From an uncultured Gemmatimonadales bacterium (lineage in GTDB: Bacteria > Gemmatimonadota > Gemmatimonadetes > Gemmatimonadales > GWC2-71-9): DNA of 64,000 nucleotides. Position numbers and translations under genes: made by a program. The notes below the pieces were generated by a model. The model had not been told where the DNA came from. It saw nothing but the letters and a program-made list of their open reading frames with translations, and made no database searches. Of the stretch, positions 10,865 to 19,813 are shown piece after piece. Within the stretch, counting starts at the first letter, position 1, and every line of letters begins with the position of its first letter. The stretch lies in contig CAWJIM010000023.1 in assembly GCA_963842945.1 (NCBI GenBank), forward strand, positions 224,001-288,000. Direction: 5' to 3'.

Positions 10865-11257
10865 GTGGCAAATCAACGCCAACTCATTTCCAGCGGAACT
10901 CCGTGGGAGCCGATCGTCGGCTATTCCCGGGCGGTTCGCGCCGGGAACTGGATCCACGTCGCGGGGACCACGGCGACCGGCCCCGATGGAAAGATTGTAG
11001 GTGAAGGCGATCCCTACCTCCAGACGGTTCAGGCGATTCGAAATATCGATGCAGCCCTGAGAGCCGCTGGATCGTCTCTGGCAGACGTGGTGCGCACCCG
11101 CATGTTTGTGACCAATATCGACCACTGGAAAGAGGTGGCACGGGCTCACGGCGAGTTCTTCCGGGAAGTGCGGCCCGCGGCCACAATGGTCGAGGTCAGC
11201 CGGCTGGTTGACCCGTCCATGCTGGTGGAGATCGAAGCCGAGGCTGTCATCCTGTGA
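10865..11257 (+). CDS. RidA/YjgF-family protein
   Basis: [40 protein letters not shown]. Confidence 0.93.
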   Translation: MANQRQLISSGTPWEPIVGYSRAVRAGNWIHVAGTTATGPDGKIVGEGDPYLQTVQAIRNIDAALRAAGSSLADVVRTRMFVTNIDHWKEVARAHGEFFREVRPAATMVEVSRLVDPSMLVEIEAEAVIL

Positions 11258-12050
11258 GCGGACGGCAGCGCTTTACTCAGGTCGATGCGTTTACCGAACG
11301 GGCGTTCGCCGGAAATCCTGCGGCGGTGTGCCTGCTTCCCTCCCCGGCCGATCCGGTCTGGATGCAGGACGTTGCTCGCGAGATGAATCTCGCCGAGACG
11401 GCCTTCCTGGTTCGCCAGAACGATGGCTTCAGTCTGCGGTGGTTCACGCCTTCGGTCGAGGTCGATCTCTGTGGCCACGCCACCCTGGCGAGCGCCCATG
11501 TGCTTTGGGAGGAGCAGGAACTGGAGCCGCAAGAGACCGCTCGCTTCCATACCCGCAGCGGCCTGCTCACCGCCTCCCGCGAGGGCGATCTGATCTGGAT
11601 GGATTTTCCGGCCACGCCCAGTGAGCCGGTTGAATCTCCGCCCGAGATCAAAGAGGGGCTGGGGGCAACCACTCAATACGTCGGCCGCACGATGTTCGAC
11701 TACCTGGTGGAGGTAGAATCCGAATCCACTCTTCGAGCACTGGTCCCGGACCTCGGCCGCCTCAGCCGACTTCCCGTCCGGGGCGTGATCGTCACGGCAC
11801 GGTCGGAGCACGCCGAGTACGATTTCGTGTCTCGATTTTTTGCGCCGGCAGCGGGCGTTCCGGAAGACCCGGTCACCGGCTCAGCCCACTGCGCCCTGGG
11901 ACCTTACTGGGGTACCAAATCAAAGCAGAGCCGTATGGTGGGCTACCAGGCGTCTCCCCGGGGGGAACGGTCATGATTCAGCTCGGTCAGGACCGGGTGC
12001 GCCTCGGGGGCCACGCGGTCACCGTGCTGCGCGGCGAGCTACTCCATTAA
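11254..12050 (+). CDS. PhzF-family isomerase (homopolymer frameshift near 11965)
   Basis: [43 protein letters not shown]; adding one G restores SPRGG...[19 protein letters not shown]. Confidence 0.93.
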
Positions 12051-12384
12051 CGCCATCGATCCACTCGCAGCATTCGACGCGCTCGACCTCCGGGTCGGTC
12101 GGATCATCCGGGCCGAGCCTAATGCTCGCGCCCGCAAACCCTCATACTGCCTCTGGATCGACTTTGGTCCGCTGGGAGAGAAGACTTCCAGCGCTCAGCT
12201 TCGCGCTCTCTACCAGCCGGACGAGCTCGTCGGGCGGCTGGTGGTTGCGGCGATGAATCTCGGCACCCGCAACATTGCGGGATTCTTATCTGAGGTGCTG
12301 GTTCTTGGCCTGCCAAGCGACCAGGGCGACGTCGTCCTGCTCGGGGTAGAGCGAGAGGTACCGCTGGGAGGGAGGGTGTACTAA
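12046..12384 (+). CDS. csaA: CsaA-family tRNA-binding/export chaperone (not in ORF track; no canonical start)
   Basis: Hand translation: FDALDLRVGRIIRAEPNARARKPSYCLWIDFGPLGEKTSSAQL...LVGRLVVAAMNLGTRNIAGFLSEVLVLG...VPLGGRVY-stop. Confidence 0.9.
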   Translation: MNAIDPLAAFDALDLRVGRIIRAEPNARARKPSYCLWIDFGPLGEKTSSAQLRALYQPDELVGRLVVAAMNLGTRNIAGFLSEVLVLGLPSDQGDVVLLGVEREVPLGGRVY

Positions 12385-12401
12385 GAGGCGTCCGGGCGGG
12401 A

Positions 12402-12818
12402 TCAGCGCGGGGGTGTTGAATCGGCCACCAGAGGCCGCACCACCAGCCCGGTTACCGCTCCATCCCGGGCCAAGCTCCACTCGATCAACATCCGGTGCTT
12501 GGATTTGTCGAAGCTGGCACTGCGGCTGTACACGGTGAAAGGCTCGGCTCGGTTCACCTGCTCATCAACCTGTCCCTGCTCGGTTCCCAGGTTATATACC
12601 GCCCGGCTGGCAAAGTCGGCCAGATCAGTTACACTGCCGAAAGCCTGACGCATGTCGGGCGAGAATCGATCCCACAGCTTTTTATACTCGCTTCCGTAGA
12701 GCCAGGCCGTGTACGTCCGGCCCTCCTGCATGGACTTCTGTTCCGGCCGATGCTCGGCAGAGGTACAGGCGGCTACGCCGAGCGCGATCAGCAGCAGGCT
12801 CAGTCCGGCTTTCAGCAT
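12402..12818 (-). CDS. Putative lipoprotein, DUF3887-like
   Basis: Signal MLKAGLSLLLIALGVAAC; LWDRFSPDMRQA...VTGLVVRP; GAGG SD. Confidence 0.65.
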   Translation of the reverse strand: MLKAGLSLLLIALGVAACTSAEHRPEQKSMQEGRTYTAWLYGSEYKKLWDRFSPDMRQAFGSVTDLADFASRAVYNLGTEQGQVDEQVNRAEPFTVYSRSASFDKSKHRMLIEWSLARDGAVTGLVVRPLVADSTPPR

Positions 12819-12864
12819 TAGCGTCCTCAATATTCGTCGCGCTCTCAGGAAACTGGAGACGGTC

Positions 12865-13689
12865 ATGCGGGTGTACATCTCGGTCGACATGGAGGGAATT
12901 TCGGGCGTCGTCCACGAGGACCAGACCGACCCGATCGAAGCCCGCCATGCGGGAGAGTATAACAGGTTCCGCAGATTAATGACCAATGAAGCCAATGCGG
13001 CAATTACCGGAGCATTGGACGCCGGTGCAACCAGTGTTCTGGTCAACGACAGCCATTGGCTCATGCGAAACCTTCTGGCCGAAGAGCTTCATCCTGCAGC
13101 CGCGCTGTTGAGCGGCGGCCCCAAGCTCCTCTCGATGGTGGAAGGCATCGACACCGGCTTCGAGGCAGCAATGTTCATCGGCTATCACGCGCGAGCCGGC
13201 ACCGCTCGAGCGATCATCGATCATACGTATACCAGCCGCGTCTATGAAGTACGAATCAACGGCCAGCCTGTTGGCGAGCTGGCACTGAATGCCGCCATGG
13301 CCGGCCTGCACGGCGTGCCCGTCGCGCTGGTCAGTGGAGACCAGGCCATTGCGTCAGAGGCTCGCTCACTGCTGGGCGATCAGGTGGAGGCGGTGGTGGT
13401 CAAGGAGTCGGTCGGCCGGTTTGCAGCCCGCAGCCTGGCCCCCAGTGTCGCGTGCCAGCGCATCAGGACTGGAGCGGCCGCCGCGCTTCGGAAGAAACAC
13501 ATCCCATTCACCTTCGATTCTCCGGTTCGGCTAGAGGTGGATTTCGTGGAGAGTCAGATGGCCGACATGGCCGAGCTGGTACCGGGTTCCCAGCGGGTAG
13601 GCGGACGGACCGTGTGCTACAGCGGTTCCGACTACCGGGAGGTTTTCCGCGCCTGGCGAGCGATGTACAACCTGGCAAGCGTTGAATAA
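12865..13689 (+). CDS. dppA: D-aminopeptidase, peptidase family M55
   Basis: MRVYISVDMEGISG, VNDSH, FIGYHA, DHTY, VGELALNA, LVSGD. Confidence 0.94.
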   Translation: MRVYISVDMEGISGVVHEDQTDPIEARHAGEYNRFRRLMTNEANAAITGALDAGATSVLVNDSHWLMRNLLAEELHPAAALLSGGPKLLSMVEGIDTGFEAAMFIGYHARAGTARAIIDHTYTSRVYEVRINGQPVGELALNAAMAGLHGVPVALVSGDQAIASEARSLLGDQVEAVVVKESVGRFAARSLAPSVACQRIRTGAAAALRKKHIPFTFDSPVRLEVDFVESQMADMAELVPGSQRVGGRTVCYSGSDYREVFRAWRAMYNLASVE

Positions 13690-13716
13690 TGGATACGCAA
13701 ACTGACGGAGGTCGCG

Positions 13717-14121
13717 ATGCGAGATCTCGCTCTGGGAGTCGTCATCGGCTTTCTCATAGCCGGGGCCTACGCCATTATGTGGAAGGTGCGCTACACCGCT
13801 GCGGTGCGGAGCGATGCGGTGCTGAGGAGCCAGGCGATCACGGCCGGCAAGGTCCATGAGCAGCTGCTGCCTTACTTCCCGGACTTTCCCTACAATCCCA
13901 AGGACGTTCGCTTTCTCGGCAGCCCTACGGATCTCATCGTCTTTGACGGACTGGCGGACGGTCAGGTAAAACGGGTGGTCTTTCTCGAGGTCAAAACCGG
14001 AGGTTCCTGCCTTACGGCAAGAGAGCGCTCAGTCCGCGATGCCATTCAGGCCGGCGAAGTGGAATGGCTGGAGGTCCGTTTCACCCGCCCCCTGACGGAA
14101 TCAGAAAGCGGGGTATCTTAG
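13717..14121 (+). CDS. Holliday-junction-resolvase-like PD-(D/E)xK endonuclease (PF10107-like) with N-terminal membrane anchor
   Basis: GKVHEQLLPY, PKDVRFLGSPTDLIVFDGL, VFLEVKTG..LT.RE. Confidence 0.85.
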   Translation: MRDLALGVVIGFLIAGAYAIMWKVRYTAAVRSDAVLRSQAITAGKVHEQLLPYFPDFPYNPKDVRFLGSPTDLIVFDGLADGQVKRVVFLEVKTGGSCLTARERSVRDAIQAGEVEWLEVRFTRPLTESESGVS

Positions 14122-14197
14122 AGATGACCACCGCGTGGTTCGGCGCACCTGGGCGGTGCATCTGCACCTGGAGCGGTGCCTTCGATGGAGCACTCAG

Positions 14198-14587
14198 ATG
14201 AGACCGATACCCCCGCCGAGATCTCTACCCGCCATTCTCTCCCTTGCTCTGGTGTTATGTACCTTCGGATCCAGCGCGATGGCGCAGTCCGTAAAAGTCC
14301 CGCCTCCACTGATTGTGGGCCAGTGGAAGGAGGACACCTTCCTTCCTGAGCGGCAATGCCACGGCAACTATGCCGCGGCTGATCTCCAGCAGTATCTCAC
14401 CCGGGCAAGAGTTGCCATGTGGCTTCCAGACACTCGATCGGTGAGTCTGGATCCCAGTGGCGAGTGCATTACCATCCGAGTTCAGAGTCTCGGCGGAGCC
14501 CGGCTGGCAGAGCTGGTGCTGCGGGGAGTAGCGGTCCCTCGAGAAAGCGTTCTCCTGCTGTGGGAGAGGCCGGAGCGCCAAGGGTAG
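14198..14587 (+). CDS. Hypothetical secreted protein
   Basis: GGAG SD, signal-like LSLALVLCTFGSSAMAQ; no family recognised. Confidence 0.5.
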   Translation: MRPIPPPRSLPAILSLALVLCTFGSSAMAQSVKVPPPLIVGQWKEDTFLPERQCHGNYAAADLQQYLTRARVAMWLPDTRSVSLDPSGECITIRVQSLGGARLAELVLRGVAVPRESVLLLWERPERQG

Positions 14588-14736
14588 TTACCGGGAAACC
14601 AAAGCCGTGCCTGGGCCGACCTGTAGACGATCGATCCATAGACTCCGAACCCCGCCGGCAGCATAGCCCACCGGGCCGGCGGTCCTGGCGTGATAGGAGC
14701 CAGCCAGCGGCGCCCTGCACATCCTGGAACACTCCC

Positions 14737-15072
14737 ATGAAAACCCGTCACTGGTACATCGGACTCTGCGTGCTCGGCACCCTGCTTCCCTACTCTCAGT
14801 TCATTCCGTTTCTGCAGGACCACGGACTGGACCCGCGTCTCTTTCTCCAGCAGCTCTTCGCCAACCGGATCGCTGCATTCTTTGGGCTGGACGTGATCGT
14901 CTCCTCCCTCGTACTGTGGGTCGCGGTTCTGGTAGACAGCAGACGCAACCAGGTGCCGCACCCGTGGGCGCCTCTACTGGGCAACCTCATGGTGGGAGTT
15001 TCCTTGGGGCTACCGCTCTGGCTCTATTTTCGGGAGGTCAGATTGAGCGAGATGCGAGAAGTCCGTGGCTAA
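14737..15072 (+). CDS. DUF2834-family membrane protein
   Basis: LCVLGTLLPYSQF, LFANRIAAFFGLDVIVS, VGVSLGLPLWLYFRE. Confidence 0.85.
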   Translation: MKTRHWYIGLCVLGTLLPYSQFIPFLQDHGLDPRLFLQQLFANRIAAFFGLDVIVSSLVLWVAVLVDSRRNQVPHPWAPLLGNLMVGVSLGLPLWLYFREVRLSEMREVRG

Positions 15073-15586
15073 CTGGGCAACTCTGGTGGTCCGCCACTCG
15101 GCAGCGGTGGAGGAGTTTCTCCGCACCGCTCACCAGATCGCAGCCGACCGATGGACGCAGCCTACTGCCCCAGGCAAGTGGAGCCCGGCAGAAATTACCA
15201 GCCACCTGATTGAATCGTATCACACTTTTCGGAGTGAGCTGGCCGGAAAGCCAGGGATGGGCCTGCGACTGGGACCCATCCGTCGGTGGGTGCTCCGCCG
15301 CACCGTGTTGCCCCGAATCCTCGCTACCGGAATCTTTCCGGCGGGAGCGCGCGCGCCGCGGGAAATCCGGCCGCGAGAGGTCCAGTCCGACCCCAGAATC
15401 GCGCTTCACAGGCTGAGCACCGAGGCGGATGCAATGGTGCAGGAGCTGGCAGACCGAATGCGCACTGGCCGAGTGCGGCTCACCCATGCCTACTTTGGTC
15501 GCATGTCGGCCCGTCAGAGCCTGACCATGGCCACGGTGCACACCCGGCACCACGCCCGCCAACTGGCCGCGGTCACCACGGCCTAG
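15065..15586 (+). CDS. DinB/YfiT-family protein
   Basis: GKWSPAEITSHL, THAYFGRM, VHTRHHARQL. Confidence 0.88.
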   Translation: MANWATLVVRHSAAVEEFLRTAHQIAADRWTQPTAPGKWSPAEITSHLIESYHTFRSELAGKPGMGLRLGPIRRWVLRRTVLPRILATGIFPAGARAPREIRPREVQSDPRIALHRLSTEADAMVQELADRMRTGRVRLTHAYFGRMSARQSLTMATVHTRHHARQLAAVTTA

Positions 15587-15609
15587 CACCCCTTCAGCCC
15601 CGTTTTCCT

Positions 15610-16360
15610 ATGGACTGGATCAGTGATCCCCAAGCCTGGATCGGCTTTGCCACCCTCACGGTGCTCGAGATCGTGCTGGGTATCGACAACATCGTGTTCA
15701 TCTCGATTCTGGCAGACCGGCTTCCAGCCGCTCAACAGTCTCGGGCCCGGCTGCTCGGGCTCGGCCTCGCCATGGTAACTCGAATCCTTCTGCTGCTTTC
15801 GCTCAGCTGGATCATCGGGCTCACCGCGCCGCTGTTCAGCATTCTGGGAGAACAGATTTCCGGCCGGGACCTGGTGCTGCTGCTGGGAGGTCTCTTTCTG
15901 CTGGGCAAGAGTACGCACGAGATCCACGGGAACCTCGAAGGCGAGAGCGACGAGGCCTCCGCGCAGGGCAGCTCCCTCCTTTGCCGGCGTGCTGATCCAG
16001 ATCATGCTGTTGGATATCGTGTTTTCGCTGGACTCGGTCATCACCGCGGTGGGAATGGTGGACGAGATCGGGGTCATGGTCGCAGCGGTCGTGGTGGCTA
16101 TTGGATTCATGATGGCCTTCTCTGGCGCCATCAGCGGATTCGTCAGCCGTCATCCCACGATCAAGATGCTTGCGCTGAGCTTCCTGATTCTGATCGGGGT
16201 CGCTCTGATCGCTGAGGGACTCGACCAGCACATCCCGAAGGGCTACATCTACTTTGCGATGGCATTCTCGGTGGGCGTGGAGCTACTCAATCTCCGGGTG
16301 CGCCGGCGGCAGGCCGAAGTGGTTCGCCTCCGCCGGCCCTATGCCGACCAGTCGGTATAG
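15610..16360 (+). CDS. TerC-family membrane protein (frameshift near 15975)
   Basis: TLTVLEIVLGIDNIVFISI, QIMLLDIVFSLDSVITAVGM, HPTIKMLALSFL, IPKGYIYFAMAFS. Confidence 0.93.
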
Positions 16361-16424
16361 GACCATGCACAGATGCCGCTGCGCGGTACGGCTATGACTC
16401 TGCCCTTCCTGACTGGAGCGCAAC

Positions 16425-16934
16425 GTGGGTCCTGAGGGCGCTGAGCGGCCCCGCTCTATCACCCTCCGCTTCCTGGCCGAACCGGGAGACGTGAACTTCG
16501 GCGGGAAGGTGCATGGCGGCGCAGTAATGAAGTGGATCGATCAGGTGGGCTACACCTGTGCGGCCGGGTGGACCGGCTCCTACTGTGTCACGGTTTACAT
16601 AGGGGGACTCCACTTCCTGGCTCCGATTCACGTCGGTGAGGTAGTCGAGCTCCAGGCGCTGGTGATCCGAACCGGCCGAAGCAGCATGGACATCGCAGTT
16701 GACGTCTACGCCCGCGACCCCAAGAGTCCCCAGCGCCGCCGCACCGGCCATTGCGTGATTGTGTTTGTTGCCCTGGGCACCGACGGGAAACCGTCGCCGG
16801 TGCCCCAGTGGGAGCCCAGGGATGACGTCGATCGGGCGCTGCAAGCGTATGCCTCCCGGCTGGCGGAGCTCCGGAAGCAGATGGACACTGAGATGGAACG
16901 GCGGCTCGGCCGGCAGGAAGACGCAGCGGGATAG
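16425..16934 (+). CDS. Acyl-CoA thioesterase (hotdog, YciA type)
   Basis: DVNFGGKVHGGAVMKWID, FLAPIHVG, TGRSSM, IVFVAL. Confidence 0.92.
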   Translation: MGPEGAERPRSITLRFLAEPGDVNFGGKVHGGAVMKWIDQVGYTCAAGWTGSYCVTVYIGGLHFLAPIHVGEVVELQALVIRTGRSSMDIAVDVYARDPKSPQRRRTGHCVIVFVALGTDGKPSPVPQWEPRDDVDRALQAYASRLAELRKQMDTEMERRLGRQEDAAG

Positions 16935-16935
16935 A

Positions 16936-17760
16936 TCAGGCGCGTTTAAGGGTAAATATCGGAAGCTCCGCGGCGCAGCGGAATCGCGCTGGGATGCCGG
17001 TGGTGCCCACGCCGCGCGAGACATACAGCGGAACCGCGGTGTCGCGGTACCACCCCTCGAGGAAGCGCCCCGCGCCCACCGGCTTGACCGGGGGAAGCAG
17101 CGGAATCCGAATCTGTCCGCCATGGGTGTGACCAGCCAGCAGCACGGCCGCCTTACCGGACAGAGCGGCGGGCAGCTGATCGGCGAAGCTGGGCTCATGC
17201 ATAACCCAGATCTCCACGGCGTCCCCGGTCAGTCCTGCCCTCGCTGCGGTCAGGTCAGGTTGGCCGCCCAGCATGTCATCAAGCCCAATGAGGGCCAGGG
17301 TTGTCCCTCCAACGGTCAGCGGTTTCATCTGATTGATCAGGAGATCTATCCCAGCCGATCGATACACCTCCCGGGCCCGATCGCCCACCACCCGGGACAG
17401 GTACTCCCAGTTCCCCAAGACGGCTATGGTCGCCAGCGAGCCTCGAGCCGCCGCCACGAATTCTCTCATCGTTTCGAGCGCCTGGGCCGTTTCGGTCATG
17501 TCGCCGTTGAGCACCACGATTTCCGGACGTTCCCGGCGCAGATGCTCGAGCGCGGCGCGTGCGGCCAGCTGGTTACCGGGAAGGTGGACATCGGCAACCT
17601 GCGCAACCCGGATTCCATCGATCGATTGGGGAAGTCCCGAAACTGGGACATCGTGCCGGCTGATCAGAACGCGATTGGCTTCCAGTCCGAACGCATCTGC
17701 CCCCAGGGCGGCGCCCAGGGTTCCGGCACCAACGAGAAAACGCCTTCGGCTGATTTGCAT
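16936..17760 (-). CDS. Tat-exported metallophosphoesterase (YkuE/YaeI type)
   Basis: SRRRFL twin-arginine signal; ADVH, NGD, LGNWE, LAGHTHGGQI, SRGVG. Confidence 0.9.
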   Translation of the reverse strand: MQISRRRFLVGAGTLGAALGADAFGLEANRVLISRHDVPVSGLPQSIDGIRVAQVADVHLPGNQLAARAALEHLRRERPEIVVLNGDMTETAQALETMREFVAAARGSLATIAVLGNWEYLSRVVGDRAREVYRSAGIDLLINQMKPLTVGGTTLALIGLDDMLGGQPDLTAARAGLTGDAVEIWVMHEPSFADQLPAALSGKAAVLLAGHTHGGQIRIPLLPPVKPVGAGRFLEGWYRDTAVPLYVSRGVGTTGIPARFRCAAELPIFTLKRA

Positions 17761-17782
17761 TAGAGGAAGGTAAACGCGCGGC

Positions 17783-19331
17783 TTACCTGGTCCCCTCGAC
17801 AACAGCCCCGGCGAAGCGCTCCATCTCGGCTTCAATCTCGAGACTCTCGCGATCGCGATAAATCGTCGCGGCGGCGAGGACTTTCTCACCCCTGATGAAC
17901 TGAACCGAGCAGTCCCTCGCATCGATGTCGCCGTCGATCTGAACGCGGTCCCACCGCTCGGCGTGGCCTACGTAATTGATGGGGACGTCGTAGTGCTGGC
18001 TCCAGAAGAATGGCACCGCATCGAAGACCCGCTGTTGGCCAAGCATGTTTCGCGCAGCAGCCTGGCCTTGTCGCTCCGCCACCACCCAGTGCTCCACCCG
18101 GATCCGCTCACCGGTATGAGGATCGGGCCAGCGCGCAATGTCTCCGGCCGCGAACACGTCCGGTGCGCTGGTCTGCAGGAATTGATCGACTGACACGCCC
18201 CGATCCAGTGCGAGTCCGGCCCGCTCGGCCAGCTCCAGATTGGGCCGCACGCCAATGCCGGCGACAATCAGGTCGGCCTTCAGGCGATCGCCATTCTCCA
18301 GCACCACCTCGCCCGACGCAATCTCCTTTGCCGTCTGCTGGAGGTGGAAGATCACTCCGTGCTCCTCGTGAAGTCTCCGAATGAAGTCTCCCAGTTGGGG
18401 ACCCATGACCCGCTCCAGAGGACGAGCGTCCGGCGCCACTACGTGCACCTCCAGCTTCCGCGCTCGCAATGAGGCTGCCACCTCGAGCCCGATGAAACTG
18501 GCGCCCAGGATCACGACCCGGCGTGCGCTGCCGCTGGCGGTGACAATGGCCTTGCTGTCCCTGAGGGTGCGAAGGTAGAGGATCGGAGCTGGTGTTTTGA
18601 GGAAGGTGGACCGGTGTAGCGCCGGTGGCCATCAGGAGAGCGCCATATTCGCGGGTGCTGCCGTCATCCAGACGTAGTCGGTGCTTGCCCGGCTCCAGCT
18701 CGACTACTCGGTGGTTGCGAACGATGTGGATGTCTCGTTCGGCATAGAAATCCGGCGGATGCAACGGGATCCACTCCTCGGGGGCGGAGCCCGCCAGATA
18801 GTCCTTGGATAAATTGGGCCGGTCGTAGGGGGCGTCCGGGTCGGGATCGAACAGAGTTATCGGGCCCTGGTACCCTTCACGGCGGAGCGTCTCCGCGGCG
18901 CTGTTCCCGGCAGCTCCGGCGCCCACGATCGCGATGGACTCAGGACTTCGCGTCAGGCGCGGTCGAGACGCAACCCGTGATCGGGGCTGAGGCACTTTGC
19001 CCCGAACGAATACCATGTCGTTTTCCCGCTCCACCTTCCAGCAGGGCACATCGTTGAGGGCCGGCGGCCGGAGCGCCTGGCCGGTTCGGAGGCTGAAGCA
19101 GGCGTGATGCCAGGGGCAGCGAATGGTGTCACCCACCATCAAACCTTCCGGGAGAGGCCCGCTGTAATGGCTGCACACCGCACCGATGGCAAACCATTCG
19201 TCGCCCCGCCGGGTCAGCAGGACAGTCTCCTCACCCACGTGCCCCGCCAGCAGCTTCCCCTCCGGAACGCTGGCGATCATAATGCCGGCGGCGAGATCAG
19301 GGCCGGTTACAGCCGGAGCCTGTTCGCTCAT
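17783..19331 (-). CDS. Rieske [2Fe-2S] plus FAD-dependent ferredoxin-reductase-like protein (frameshift near 18580)
   Basis: CSHYSGPL...CPWHHACF; GAGAAG, PYDRPNLSK, GASFIGLE, FAAGDIA, VPFFWS. Confidence 0.93.
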
Positions 19332-19341
19332 GACCTGCTCC

Positions 19342-19791
19342 TCAGGCGGCCCTCAGTTCGCTGGTGCAGTGGGGACAGCGGCTGGCGCTTACCGGAATCG
19401 CCATCCGGCAATAGGGACAGTCCTTCGTCGTGGGAGCCGAGGTGTCGGCAGGCTTCAGCCGGTTGGCCGCTCGCACGATCAGGAAGACGGCAAAGGCCAC
19501 GATGATGAAGGTGACGACGTTGTTGATGAACTGGCCGTAGTTGACGGTCACGGCGCCTGCGTCATGCGCCTGGGCGATGGTGGCGTAGGGCGGCGCAGCC
19601 TTCTCCCCAGCCTTGAGCACCACAAAAAGATTGCCAAAGTCGAGACCGCCCAGGGCCAGTCCAATTGGGGGCATGATGACGTCGTCCACCAGAGACTTGA
19701 CGATGGTGCCGAACGCGCCGCCGATGATGATGCCCACCGCGAGGTCGAGAACGTTGCCGCGCAACGCAAAGGCCTTGAATTCCTTGAGCAT
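19342..19791 (-). CDS. mscL: Large-conductance mechanosensitive channel with C-terminal zinc ribbon
   Basis: MLKEFKAFALRGNVLDLAVGIIIGGAF, NYGQFIN; tail CPYC...CPHC. Confidence 0.96.
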   Translation of the reverse strand: MLKEFKAFALRGNVLDLAVGIIIGGAFGTIVKSLVDDVIMPPIGLALGGLDFGNLFVVLKAGEKAAPPYATIAQAHDAGAVTVNYGQFINNVVTFIIVAFAVFLIVRAANRLKPADTSAPTTKDCPYCRMAIPVSASRCPHCTSELRAA

Positions 19792-19813
19792 GGGTCTTCC
19801 GCGGATCAGGGTT

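Noticed and set aside
3401..13689. Functional link between the Dpp-type ABC operon and dppA as in Bacillus dppABCDE
   Set aside because: Separated by 4 kb and several transcription units; proximity alone is weak evidence.
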